The translations under genes and the position numbers were made by a program. Of a stretch of DNA of 64,000 nucleotides, positions 14,056-28,035 are shown piece by piece. The stretch lies in the NCBI RefSeq assembly GCF_009914755.1, contig NC_060935.1; one strand, written 5' to 3'. The notes under the pieces were generated by a model. It was not told where the DNA came from. It was given only the letters and a program-made list of their open reading frames with translations, and made no database searches. Numbering within the stretch: the first letter of the stretch is position 1; the number at the start of each line of letters is the position of its first letter. The DNA is from the human T2T-CHM13v2.0 reference genome, Homo sapiens.

Positions 14056-14567
14056 TGTGATGGTTAACACTGAGTGTCAACTTGATTGGATAGAAGGATG
14101 CAAAGTATTGATCCTGGGTGTGTCTGTGAGGGTGTTGTCAAAGGAGATTAACATTTGAGTCAGTGGACTGGGAAAGGCACACCCACCCTCAATCTGGGTG
14201 GGCACAATCTAATGGGCTGCCAGCATGGCCAGAATAACAGCAGGCAGAGGAACATGGAAGGACTAGACTGACTTAGTCTTCTGGCCTACATCTTTCTCCC
14301 GTGCTGGATGCTTCCTGCCCTCGAACATCAGGCTCCATGTTCTTCAGCTTTGAGACTCTTGGACCTTCCACCACAGACTGAAGGCTACACTGTTGGCTTC
14401 CCTACTTTTGAGGATTTGGGACTCAGAATGGCTTCTTTGCTCCTCATTTTGCGACGGGCCTGTTGTGAGACCTCACTTTGTGATAGTATGAGTCAATAAT
14501 CTTAAGAAACTCCCCTTTATGTATACATCTATCTTATTAGTACTGTCCTTCTAGAAAACCCTAACTA
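14056..14567 (+). mobile_element. MLT2A (ERVL) solo LTR; last 5 nt displaced to 20081-20085
   Basis: Starts tgtgatggttaacactgagtgtcaacttgattgg; terminal ataca at 20081-85; 5-bp TSD gactg at 14051-55 and 20086-90. Confidence 0.9.
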
Positions 14568-14950
14568 GGATGGGTGAGTGCGGGGCGGGCGTGGGGAAGG
14601 ACCGGGCTCCCCTCGCATATGGTTGGAGAGAGGTGAAACGCGCCCAGGCGGCGCGCGCGGAATCAGTTGAGACTCTTCGGTTCCCGGCTCTTTCTCCTGC
14701 GGTGGGTATTTGTCCGGCTGCTGGGCGACCTTTCCCGCGAAGGAGGTTGTGCCTTCATTCGGTCGCGCCCCGGGCTGGGGAGGCACCTCCCTGGTGCGCA
14801 GGAACCGCAGGGGCGGGTAGGAGCCTGGCTCTGCCTGAGCTCCGGAGGGAGCAGAGCTGGCACCGCGCAAGGGCCCCTGCCTCCCGGGAGACTGGGATTT
14901 CTGGCCTCCTCACCTCGGGACCGCTGACTGTGGAGTGTCAAAGACGGAAC
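14568..14950 (+). promoter_or_regulatory. CpG-rich 5' leader of the retrocopy (CpG-island-like, GC box)
   Basis: Dense CpGs (ggcgcgcgcgg, ggtcgcgccccggg); GGGGCGGG at 14582-89. Confidence 0.6.
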
Positions 14951-17900
14951 AGGGTTTAGTGATCTTGTCCAACCCCCTCCCCGCTTTTCACAGACTGGGG
15001 AAATGGACGCCTGGAGAACGGAAATCCAGTTATCAAAATTGACTCCAGAAGAGAGAACCTAACAGAACAATAACAATGGAAGAAATTGGGAATATTATCA
15101 AAAAGCTATCATTCTGTTAAACTCCAGGCTTGGATGGTGTTACAGGTTTAAAAAAAAAAAAAAGAAAAAGTCCTTCATGAAAAAAGAAGAACTTAAGCAA
15201 CATGATGGATTCAGAAGCTCATGGAAAGAGACCACCAATACTAACATCTTCGAAACAAGATATGTCACCTCATATTACAGATTTAGTGAAATGAAGCATT
15301 ACTTGTGTGGCTGCTGTGCAGCCTTCAACAACGTCGCAATCACATTTCCCATTCAGAAGGTCCTCTTTCCACAACAGCTGTATGGCATCAAAACGGGGGA
15401 TGCAATACTTCAGTTGAGAACGGATGGATTTCGAAACTTGTATCGGGGAATCTTTCCCCGATTGATGCAGAAGACAACTACACTTGCACTTACGTTTGGT
15501 CTGTATGAGGATTTATCCTACCTTCTCCACAAGCATGTCAGTGCTCCAGAGTTTGCAACCTGTGGCGTGGCAGCAGTGCTTGCAGGGACAACGGAAGCAA
15601 TTTTCACTTCAGACATTGCTTCAAGACCACAAGCACCATGACAAATTTGCCAACATTTATCAGGCTTTCAAGGCACTGAAATGTCATGGAATTGGAGAGT
15701 TTTATCGAGGGTTGGTGCCCATTCTTTTCCAGAATGGACTCAGCAATGTCTTTTTTTTTTCGGCCTTCGAGGTCACGTTAAGGAGCATCTGCCTACCGCG
15801 ACGACTCACAATTCTCATTTGGTCAATGATTTTATCGGTGGAGGTCTATTGGGTGCCATGTTGGGATTCCTGTTTTTTCCAATTAATGTTGTAAAAACTC
15901 GCATACAGTCTCAGATTGGTGGGGAATTTCAGTCTTTCCCCAAGGTTTTCCAAAAAATCTGGCTGGAACGGGACAGAAAACTGATAAATCTTTTCAGAGG
16001 TTCTCATCTGAATTACCATCTGTCCCTTATCTCTTGGGGCATAATCAATGCAAAGGTTATATGAAAAAAAACATCAGTTAAGTGCCACTTATCAACTGAA
16101 TAGACCTTCTAAGAAGAATGCAGTTTGGCCTCTTCCTTAATTGGCCAAATACAAGTTGGTGTCATAACTCCAGGCCACAGTGAGTTATGGGCAAAGCTGT
16201 TTTCCTTAAGCATCAACAAAATAGAATAAAAGGTTCCAATAGGAAAATATAAGGGTTTTTTTGTGTTTTGTTTTGTTTTTTATCATTACCTAAGATACTT
16301 AGGCTAATTGCCTGGTAAATAGCTGTCCATCTGATGGCCTTTGACAGGGAACCTAATCCCCAAGATAAGATTCTTTTTCTCAAACCAGTCTTGAAATCTT
16401 CTGCATTGAAACATAAACGGCTGTGACTGGCCAGAGAGAAGGTCCTCAGGGGCCAGGGGCTCCTCAGTCTTCCTTTGTTACTCCATTGCTTGCTTCTCTG
16501 CCCCCAGGGGCAGCTGCAGAGGGTAGTCTTCATTAAGCTCAAGCATATGACAAAGAGGCAGAACAGAGAAGAAAAACAGCTTATTAGGTATAGGCTTTTC
16601 TTGATAAATTGCTTGTATTAGTTTTGAAACTAAGCACCTATTGGATAGTCGTTATCCTATTTCTATTCAGATACGGTAGATCAAGGAGCTATGAAAGTTC
16701 TCATTTTGCTCTGTGGGTTTGAAAGTTTTCTGTTTGATTCTGACTGTGGCCTTCAACCCTTCCAAAATATCCTTATGTTAATTGCACTTATTTCATTGTC
16801 AAAAGATGAAGGGACTTAAATTTTGTAATAGGTGTTCCAACAAGTTTTCATATTAATTGTGTATAGATAAAATTCTGTTTAGCTTGGTTTCTTTGAATTA
16901 TTGGTGCCATCTCAGCAAAGGACTGTGGTTATTTTTCCCCTTGAGTAGGAGTTGGTCATATTCAAGCATCCTGTTCTCTTAAAACTCTCCTTTTAAAAAA
17001 TAAACACTTCCATAACATTTTGTTTCAGAAGTTTATTAATGCAATCCCACTTCCCCCCACCCTGGGTTTCTAAATATTGCAGAGGGGGGAAAAGGGCTCA
17101 GGATAGTTTTCACCGCACAGTGTTGGCTGTCTTTTATTATACTCTTGGAAATAGAGACTCTATTAGAGTTTTGACATTTTGGGAACCCAGTTTTACCCTT
17201 GTGTCAGTAAAACAATAAGATAATTTGAGAGCATATGATCTAAATAAAGACATTTCAAGGGGTAGTTTGAATTCTAACAGTAGGTAATAGCCAAATAGCA
17301 TTCTCATCCCTCAACAGATGAAAACTTCTTTGTCAAAGGAATTGGAAAATGTGAAAATATTTTTTTCAGATAAAGCAAAATGACTCATGTGCCACTTCTA
17401 ATTGACTAATGAAACGTAAGAGACAGACTGAAAAAGTGGATTATGAATCTTAAAACCCTTTCTGTAAATATTATGTAGTTAAAGATTGACTTCCAGCATC
17501 TGACATGATGGTAGGTTTCTTGTTAATCAGTTTTTCTTCTTTCTGGGTAATTGCATGTGAATATGTGCACATACTGACCAAAATAAAATCAGGGCCTCAA
17601 CTTGGTAGTTTACTTAAAGTTTCTGGGCAAATAGTCCGTAAAAGCTGTTTACCTCTAAATGCTGTATGGCTGGTTAAATACAGTGAACATCCTTCTTCCA
17701 GCTATAAAGAATGAAGCATATTAAGTATTAGCCAGGCAGTAATGAACTTAATAGCCATACAGCAGCTCTGTCTGACAATGCTGTGCTGGATATTGCAGTT
17801 TACTTTCAAGGTGCAGATGTAAGGATTTGAAAATAATAATAATTTGGCACCAAATAAATATGAAATAAATATGAATAGCATCCTTTGGCCTATTAAATAG

Positions 17901-18236
17901 AGTCAGGATTTGAAGGGAGTTGAGTTTGAGAAATGAATGAATAAAAGCACCTTGGTGCCTGATCCCCTCATTCATGTGTGCACTTCACAGGTGTGTCCAG
18001 CTACTCAGCACAGGGCATGTGGGTTAGCCTGGGGTTATGCCTTCGCCCTGGGAATAAACACCACTGGGCCTTTGATTTTGTTGGGCTTCCTTTTTGTCTT
18101 TACACTCCATACAGGTGGTAGAAATCTGAAGCACTTTTGTGAAATATAAGCTAAGTGAGAATTCTAAGGAAAATGCTTTGGTTTCTGCTGTCTCAAATAA
18201 GTGGCATTTAAAAACAATTATTAATAAATATTTTTA

Positions 18237-18583
<347 letters not shown>

Positions 18584-18792
18584 TTACAGCTTTTGAAGAC
18601 CAGACTGCAAATATATTACCAGGGATGGTTTTGTGTTGTCCTACAGACTTCTTAAATTTGACAAAAATTCAGCGGAACTTGTAACCAACAGCTTTGTCTG
18701 AACTTGAAGTCAAAATGTGTTGTTAATAAGAGATTCTAGCTATTGCTTTTACCTTCAGTGTGAACCAGTGTGGTAATAATTTTGAAAAAGCA

Positions 18793-19092
18793 GGCTGGAC
18801 ACAGTGGCTCATGCCTGTAATCCCAGAATTTTGGGAGGCCGAGACGGGCACATCATTTGAGGTCAGGAGTTCAAGACCAGCCTGGCCAACATGGTGAAAC
18901 CCCATCTCTATTATATAAGAAATTAGCAGGGCATGGTGGCACATGCCTGTGATCCCAGCTACTGAGGAGGCTGAGGCAGGAGAATCACTTGAACCCAGAA
19001 GGCGGAAGTTGCAGTGAGCCGAGACAGTGCCACCGTACTCTAGCCTGGGCGACAGAGCAAGACTCCATCTCAAAAAAAAAAAAAAAAAAAAA
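18793..19092 (+). mobile_element. AluS within retrocopy 3'UTR
   Basis: Dimeric Alu; TSD ttgaaaa(a/g)gca. Confidence 0.9.
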
Positions 19093-21964
19093 CTTGAAAA
19101 GGCAAACATGATTGAATATCTGAAAAGCTTTAAAAGTGCCCTTTCTGTTACATATGTGGCACAAATGGCTCATGAGAGCAGGACATTTATGGTCTTGTGT
19201 CCTATACTTCATGTCTGATGCCATCAGAAATGTTATGGATTCTGGATTTAACACACTTAGAGTGATATGATCCCTCAGGACTGCACCACAGAGTAAACAC
19301 AACCTTTATATGGTGGCGAATATGTGTGTCTTTCTTGTTTCATTTGTGGTTGGGGACAAAATCGATGTTTTTGTCTAAATAGTCAATATTCATCTTAACA
19401 TGTTTGGCTGTGTAATCACCGGCTATATTGTGAACTGTGCAATAAAACAGAAACATGTGTGTATATAATTACCTTTGGATACCTGAAATTCCCAAGCCCA
19501 GTTACAATGTAATACTCAGTATAAGGCTGTGCAAACATGTAAGGAAATAATGGTGGTCGATGGGATATATGAAATAGGATCTAGAGGGCTTTGAGTGAAG
19601 ACAATCATGTTGAACTAACACTGGTTCAGTGTAGATGAAGTAGAGTGAGGGGTATGCAGTCATAATATGAAGGGAGAACAGGAGATTACATTTGAAGAAA
19701 GGGTAAGCACTCAGACTTGGTTTCTTTTAAATTAAAATATTTCTTTTATCATGTGCAAATGCATATCAAAGACTTGAACAGGCATTCTCTTGAAATTTGA
19801 GGATTTTTAGTTTTTAATGCTGTCTTTGTTTAATATTAAATACATGTTGCCTAGTGGCTCCCAAATTTTGTGGGAGTCTCTAAATGTTTCCTCTTAAAGG
19901 TTCATTATTAAAAGTGGTTAAGCACACACTGCTATTTTTGTTTGATAGTTTGAGTTTTATGACCATATGAGTTTAAATGAAATCTGTTAAATGTTCCAGA
20001 GTTAACACTTTTTTTGGATAATTTGGAATAAAGTTTGTTTTTCAAGTCAAAAAAAAAAGAAAGAAAGAAAACTCTGACTAATACAGACTGCAACTCTTAG
20101 GTGAGTCCTAGTGCTGAATCAGGCCCAGACACAGTGGACTGGGCAAGGACGGCACGTAGGGGCAGACAAATTACTGAGACACCAGCTGGGGTGCTAAGGG
20201 AGTGCTGGTATCACCCTCCCCTAAGCCCAGGCTGCACAGTTTGTGGTTCCAAAAGAGAATTCAGCCTTCCACTTAAGGAGATGAGAGGGAAGAGTGGGGA
20301 GAACTTTGTCTTCCATCTTGAATACCCACCCAGCCACAGAAAAATAGGGCACTAGTCAGAGTCACAAGGCCCTGGCTCCTGGATAACATTTCCAGATACA
20401 CCCTGGCCTGAAGGGAACCCACAGCTTTGAAAAGAAAAACCCAGTCCTGGCGCCATGCATCACCCACTAACTGAAGAGCCCTTGGGCCCTGAATAACCAG
20501 CAGCAATACCCAGGTACTATATTGAGGGCCTTGAGTGAGCCTCAGGACTTGCTGCTTCAGGTGACACTCAGCACATTACCAGCAGTGGTGGCGATGGAGT
20601 GAAACTCCTTCTGCTTGAGAAAATCAGAGGAAAAAGTAAAGGAGGCTTCACCTTGCACTTTAGGTGCCACCAGCGCCACATGGGGTAGAGCACCAAGCAG
20701 GCTGTTGGGGTGCCCAATTCCAGGACGTGGCTCTTGGCATTTCTGGACCTGCCCTTGGACAGAGGAGACCCCACTGCTCTGAAGGGTGACTTTTAAGCCA
20801 CACAACATTCACCACAAACTGACTAAAGAGCCCTTGGGCTTTAAGGGAACATTGGTATTAGTCTGGTGGTACTACCCGTAAGCCTGTGGTGGTAGTGGCC
20901 ACGGGGTGAGGCTTCTTTGCCTTTAAAAATGGGAGGGAAGAGTGGGAACAACTGCATCTTGTGGTTTGAGTGCCACCCTAGCTGTAGTACAATAGAAAAC
21001 AGGTAAATTTCTAAGGTTTTGGACTCTAGTCCCTGAATCCTGGTTGGCACCTCTAGACCCACCTGGAACCTGAGGATACTCACCACCCTGAAGGGAAGGA
21101 CACAGGCCTGACTGGCTTTGCCACCTGCTGATTGTAGAGCCCCAGGGCCTTGAGTGAACATAGGCAGTAGCCAGAGAGTGGTTATAGCAGACCTTCGGCA
21201 AGACCTTGTGCTGTGCTGGCTTCAGGTCTGACCCAGACCAGTCACAGTGGTTGTGGCCACAGGGGTGCTTGTGTCACTCCACCCCCAACTTTAGGTGGCT
21301 TAGAACAGGGAGACAGACTCAATTTGTTTGGGAGAAGTAAGAGAAGAGAACAAGAGTCTCTGCTTGGTAATCCAGAGAATTATCCTGAATATTGTCCAAA
21401 ACCATCAAGGCAGTACCTCTACAAGTCTGCAAGAACCACAGCTTTACTGGTCTTGGGATGCCTGCTAAAACACATACAGTTTAGATCAAAATACTCAAAT
21501 CTGTCCAGATATCTGGAAAGGCTTCCCAAGAAAGTTGAGTACAAAAAATCCCAGACAGAACACTACAATAAATACTTTAGCTCTTCAGTGCCCAGACACT
21601 GAAGAACATCTATTAGCATCAACACAATTTAGAAAAACATGACCTCATTAAATGAACTAAATAAGGCACCAGAGACCTATCCTGGATAAATAGAGATACG
21701 TGACTTTTCAGACAGAAAATTCAAAATAGCTGCATTAAGGAAACTCAAAGAAATTCAAAATAACACAGAGAATAAATTTATAATTCTATCAGATAAATTT
21801 AACAAAGATACTGAAATAATTAAAAAGAATTAAACAGAAATTCTGGAGCTGAAAAATGCAATTGGCATGCTGAAGAATGTATCAGAGTCTTTTAATAGCA
21901 GAACTGATGAAGCAGAAGAAAGAATTAGTGAGCTTGAAGACAGCTTATTTGAAAATACTCAACA

Positions 21965-22250
21965 GGCTGGGTGCAGGGGCTCATGCCTATAATCCCAGCA
22001 TTTTGGGAGGCTGAGGTGGGTGGATTGGTTGAGGCCAGGAGTTTGAAACCAGTCTGGGCAATATGGCAAAACCCCATCTCTACTAAAAATACAAAAATTA
22101 GCTGGGTGTGGTGATGTGCACCTGTAGTTCCAGCTATTTGGAAGGCTGAGGCACAAGAATCACTAGAGCCCAGGAAGCAGAGGTTGCAGCAAGCCTGGGC
22201 AACAGAGTGATACTCTGTCTGAAAAAATAATAATAATAATAATCAAAAAA
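21965..22250 (+). mobile_element. Alu in L1 ORF1
   Basis: Alu consensus motifs with an internal deletion in the right arm. Confidence 0.85.
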
Positions 22251-22512
22251 GCAAGAGAATAAGGAATAAAAACCAATGGAGCACACCTACAGGATCTAGA
22301 AAACAGTCTCAGAAAGGCAAATCCAAGAGTTATTGGCCTTAAAGAGGAGGTACAGAAAGAGATGGGGTAGAAAGTTTATTCAAAGGGATAATAACAGAGA
22401 ACTTCCCAAACCTAGAGAAAAATATTAATATCCAAGTACTAGAAGGTTATAGAACACCAGGCAGAATTAACTCAAAGAACACTACCTCAAGGCACTTAAT
22501 AATCAAACTTCT

Positions 22513-22782
22513 GTCCAGGCACAGTAGCTCATATCTGTAATCCCAGCACTTTGTGGGACAGATGCAAATGAATCACTTGAATCCAGGGGTTTGAGACCAG
22601 CCTGCCTCTGCAATAATACAAAAAATTAGCCAGATATGCTTTCACATGCCTGTAGTCCCAGCTATCAGGGGTCTGAGGTGGGAAGTTTACTTGATCCTAG
22701 AAGGTTGAGCCTGCACCACTGCACACCAGCCTGGGTGACAGAGTGAGACCCTGTCTCAAAAAATGACAATAATAATAATAAA
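22513..22782 (+). mobile_element. Alu (degenerate AluJ) in L1 ORF1
   Basis: Alu motifs, (AAT)n tail. Confidence 0.8.
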
Positions 22783-25700
22783 ACTTTTAAATGATAAAGA
22801 AAGGATCCTAAAAGCAGCAAGAGAAAATAAACAACATACAATGGAGTTCCAATACATATGGCAACAGACATGTCAGTGAAACCTTACAGGCTTAGGAGAG
22901 GGGGCATAACATACTTAAAGTGCTGAAGGGAGAAAATTTTTACCCTGGAATAGTAAGCCTGGCAAAAATATCTTTCAGACATGAAGGAGAAATAAAGATT
23001 TTCCAGACACACTAAAGCTGAGAGATTTCATCAACACTAGTCCTGTCCTACAATAAATGCTAAAGGGAATACTTCAATCAAAAAGAAAAGGATGTTAATG
23101 AGCAATAAGTAATCATCTGAAAGTACAAAACTCACTGGTAATAGTAAGTACACCGAAAAACACAGAATATCATAACATAGTAACTGCGGTGTGTAAACAG
23201 CTTTTATCCTAAGTAGAAAGACTAAACACTGGACCAATCAAAAATAATAGCTACAACTCATAGATGGTACATAAGATATAAGTAGAAACGATAAGATATA
23301 AGTAGAAACGACAAAAAGTTTAAAAGTCAGGGGATGTAGTTAAGATGTAAAGTTCTTATTAGTTTTCTCTTTGCTTATTTGTTTTGTTGTTGTTGTTGTT
23401 GTTCATGCAAACAGTGTTAAGTTCTTACTGGCTTAGAGCAATGGGTTATAAGATAGTATTTGCAAGCCTCATGGTAACCTCAAACCAAAAAAACATACAA
23501 TAAATATACAAAAAAATAAAAAGCAAGAAACAAACCATATCACCACAGAAAATCACCTTAACTAAAGGAAGACAGGAAGGAAAGAAAGAAGGAAGAGAAG
23601 TTCACAAAACAGAAAACAAAAAAAATTGGCTGAAGTAACTCCTTATTTATTAATAATAACATTGATGTAAATGGACTAAATTCTCCAATAAGAAGATATA
23701 GAGTGGCTGAATGGATTTAAAAAAACAAGACCCATTGATTTGTTGCCCACAAGAAACATGCTTCACCTATAAAGACACACATAGACTAAAAATAAAGGAA
23801 TGGAAAAAGATATTCCATGCCAATGAAAGCCAAAAAAGAGCAGGAGTTGCTATATTTATATGAGACAAAATGGATTTCAAAACAAAAACCATAAAAAGAA
23901 ACAAAGAAGGTCACTATATAATGATAAAGGAGTCAATTCGGCAAGGGATATAACAATTGTAAATATATATGCACCCAATGCTGGAGCACCCAGATATATA
24001 AAACAAATATCATAGCTAACAAGAGAGATAGACTGCAACACAATAATAGGTGGAGGCTTCAATGCCCCACTTTCAGCAATGGACAGATCTTCCAGACAGA
24101 AAATCAATCACACAAAAAATTGGACTTAATCTGCACTATAGATCAAATGATCTAATAGATATTTACAAAACATTTTATCCAACAGCTGCAGAATGCACAT
24201 TCTTTTCCTCAGCACATGAATTATTCTCAAGGATAGGCCATATGTTAGGTCACAGAACAAGTCTTAAAACATTCAAAAAATTGCACTCATATCAAGCACC
24301 TTCTCTATCCACAATGGAATAAAACTAGAAATTAATAACAAGAAAAATTTTGGAAACTGTACAAATGCATAAAAATTAAACAATATGTTTCTGAATGACC
24401 AGTGGGTCAATGAAGAAAGTAAGAAGGAAATTGAAAAATGTCTTGAAACAAATGATAATGGAAACACAACATACCAAAACCTATCAGATACGGCAAAAGC
24501 AGTACTAAGAGAGAAGTTTATAGGTATAAGTGCCTAACCAAAAAAGAATAAAAACTTCAAATAGACAATCTAACAATGCATCTTAAAGAACTACAAAAAC
24601 AAGAGGAAACCCAAGACCAAAATTGGTAGCAGAAAACAAATAGTAACGATCAGAACAGAGATAAAAGAAATTGAAGTGAAGAAAAGAATACAAAAATCAA
24701 TGAAACAAAAAGTAGGTTTTTTGAAAAGTTAAACAAAACTGGCAAACCTTTAGCCAGACTAACTAGACTAACTAAAAAAAAAATAGAATATCCAAATAAA
24801 TAAAATCAGAAATGAAAAAGGAGACATTATAACTGACCCTGCAGAAACTCAAAAGATCATTAGTGGCTATCATGAGCAACTATATGCCAATAAATTTGAA
24901 AATCTAGAAGAAATGGACAAATTCCTAGACTCATACATAACCTACCAATATTGAACCAGGGAGAAATCCAAAACCTGAAGAAAAACAATAGCAAGTCATA
25001 AGATCAAAACCGTAATAAAAAGTCCCCCAGTAAACAAAAGCCTGGGACTTGGTGGCTTCTCTGCTGAATTCTACCAAACATTTAAAGAAGAACTAACACC
25101 AATCCTACTCAAAATATTCCAAAATATAGAGGAGGAGGAGGAAATACTTTCAAACACATTCTATGAGGCCAGTATTACCCTGATACCAAAACCAGACAAA
25201 GACATGTCAAAAAAAATAAAACTACAGACCAATATCTCTGATGAATATTGATGCAAAAATCCTCAGCAAAATACTAGCAAACTGAATTTAATAATACATT
25301 AAAAAGATCATTCATTATGACCAAGTAGGATCTATCCCTGGGATGCAAAGATGGTTCAACATATGCAAATCAACCATGGTTCAACATATGCAAATCAACC
25401 AATGTGATACATCATATAAACAGAATGAAGAATAAAAGCCATATGATAATTTCCATTGATGCTGAAAAAGCGTTTGAGAAAATTCAACATCCCTTCATGA
25501 TAATAACCCTGAATAAACTGGAGAGAGAAAGAACATATCTCAAAATAATGAAAGCCATATATGACAGACTCACAAGTAGCAACATACTGAATGAGGAAAA
25601 CTGAAAGCCTTTCCTCTAAGAAGGGGAATACAACAAGGATGCCCATTTTCACCCCTGTCATTCAACACAATACTGGAAGTCCTAGCTAGAGCAATCAGAC

Positions 25701-25805
25701 AAGAGAAATAAATAAAGGGCATCCAAATTGGAAAGGAAGAAGTCAAATTATCCTTGTTTGCAGATTATATAATCTTATATTTGGAAAAACCTAAAGACTC
25801 CACCT

Positions 25806-27384
25806 GCTGGAAACCTCTGTGGCCAGGGGTGCCTTTGCCCAAGTTTTGCTCAGTCCTGCTGGGCTCATTCCATTCACTCTGCCTGGCAGGCTGCATTTGG
25901 CTAGTGCTACTGGCCCCAAGGTCATGCCTGCCAAGGGCAAACCAGGCACAGAGTGGCAAGGGATGCATGAATGAGCGAGGGGACAGCCAGGCCTACTGGC
26001 TGCAGTGGGGCAGGCAGCTCCAGGCACCAGCATGGGCTTCCACTGCAAATGGCTTCCACTGAGGGTACCAGGGAACACGGTGGTACCTGGAAGCTTGGAG
26101 ATGCCAGGAACCACGGAACCTCAAAGAGGGTGTCACGCCCCTAGCTTGGGGAACTCCTAGGTCTGGGCTCCCTGAAGGGTCACAGCTCTTCTCTCCTCTC
26201 TTCTCTCCTTCATGTTGCCCACAGTGTGGCGAACAAGAGGGATGTTTCAGTCCAGTTTGTGTTACAGCTCTTTCAGTCCTGCTATCCAGTGGGTCTGGAG
26301 GGTCCTGGGTTCTTGTCCCACATCCGGGAAGAATGAGGTACAGAGACAAGAGGAGAGTGAGCAAGGTGAATAAGAGCTTTATTGAGTGACAGAATATCTT
26401 AGAGGAGACCCTGGAGTGGGTGGCTCCTCTCCACAGGCAGGTCATCCTATCAAGTTGAAGAGACCTGAATTGGGTAGCTCCTTCCCACTGCTGGTAGTCC
26501 CAACATCTTCCCAGCTTTTAGCAGAGAGGAGACCTTGGAGTGGGCAGCTCCTCTCCACAGCTGGTTGTCCTGTGGAGTGTCTGAGTCTGGCTGAGCTTGG
26601 GGTCTTTATGGGCTGAGAAGGAAGGAAGTGCATGCTGATTGGCCCACAGGTAGCCATGGACAGGCCTGGAAAAGGCACTATAAGTTCTTATTCTGGTCCA
26701 TGGAACTGGCAGCCTGGCCCCCAGGCTTCCAGTCATCCCTGGCTTAAAGGTAGGGCTTCACCAGGGACCTGCGCCTTTCTGCCCAGGAGCCTGTCTGCCT
26801 CCTGCCACTGTTCATGGTGCCCAGGCTGTTTGTGCAGAGGGGCACCTGCAGGCCATCACTGAGCTGCCTTCAGCAGCCACCTTTGCCTCCCTCCTGTGCT
26901 CATCAATGCCCAAAGTCCAGAGGGGGCTGAGGCAGCAGGGGGCTGGCATGTCAGCACTGCCCCAAGTGTGTGCACTCCCAGCGGGGTGATGACAGTGCCC
27001 AGGCTTGACCTCAACTTTGCTCTGAGATCAGAGTGAACACCGGGAGTGGGGAGAGGCCAGGCAGCAGTGGTAGGCACTTCCGAGCCTGCAGGGATGGGGG
27101 CCAAGAGTGCAGGCCCAGGTCCGCAGCCATGTCTTGGGCAGCTGCAGCCACACCTGGGAGAGTGGGGCTCCTGCCTGCTCCCAGCCCTCAAGAGCACAGG
27201 GGAGGACAGGGATTCCCAGGTCCACAGCCACAGCTTGGGCAGGTGCAGCCACACCCAGGAGGGCAAGGCTCCTGTCTGCTCCTGGCTCTCTCTGGCTCTG
27301 CAGAGCCCACAGCCCAGTTGCGTCTTCCTTGCTGCTGACAGCATCTTGGCAGTGCCCACACCAGGCAGGCCACCATTGCCATCA
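25806..27384 (-). mobile_element. MER52-family ERV1 LTR (long, GC-rich), 3' tip missing
   Basis: Reverse strand begins TGATGGCAATGGTGGCCTGCC; ends ggccacagaggtttccagc; AATAAA on - strand near 26378-83. Confidence 0.72.
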
Positions 27385-27736
27385 CCGTGTATATCAACAG
27401 AGTGATATTGTTAGTCCATATGTCTTTCTTTTACTTCCAAGTGTCACACTGCTCTCCAGGATGATAACCCATCTACATGCTCTAGCAGTACAGGAGGATT
27501 TCTATAGCTCTACATCCTTGCCAAAACTTGGCACAATCCAACATCATTTTTTTCTAGTCTAGTAGATTCCATCAAAATAATGATTTTGTTTCAAAGGTAT
27601 AGATTAAAGTCTAAACATTAAATAAGATATTATAGGGTTTCACAGGACATAGTAACAATCTCTGAGGTGTTTTTTGTTGTTGTTGTTGTTGTTGCTGCTG
27701 TTGTTTTACAAAATTCCTGTTAGGAATAACTTTTGT

Positions 27737-28035
27737 GTCCAGGCGCGGTGGCTCACACCTGTAATCCCAGCAATTTGGGAGGCTGAGGCAGGTGGATCGC
27801 TTGAGCTCAGGAGTTTGAGACCAGCCTGGGCAACATGGCAAAACCCATCTCTACCAAAAATACAAAAAAAAAAAAAAAAACTAGCTGGGCATGGTGGCAC
27901 ATGCCTGTGGTCCCAGCTACTCAAAAGGCTGAGGTGGGAAGATTGCTTGAGCCCGGGAGGTGGAGGTTGCAGGCATACCACTGCACTCCAGCCTGGGTGA
28001 CAGATTGAGACCTCCATCTCAAAAAAAAAGAAAGA
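27737..28035 (+). mobile_element. Alu (AluJ-like)
   Basis: Dimeric Alu; TSD aacttttgt. Confidence 0.9.

Noticed and set aside
14565-14959. Overlapping 86-129 aa ORFs on both strands
   Set aside because: Expected in the GC-rich retrocopy leader; no recognisable domain.
25754-27562. Cluster of 100-167 aa overlapping ORFs
   Set aside because: GC-rich MER52 LTR with few stops; no protein-family motifs.
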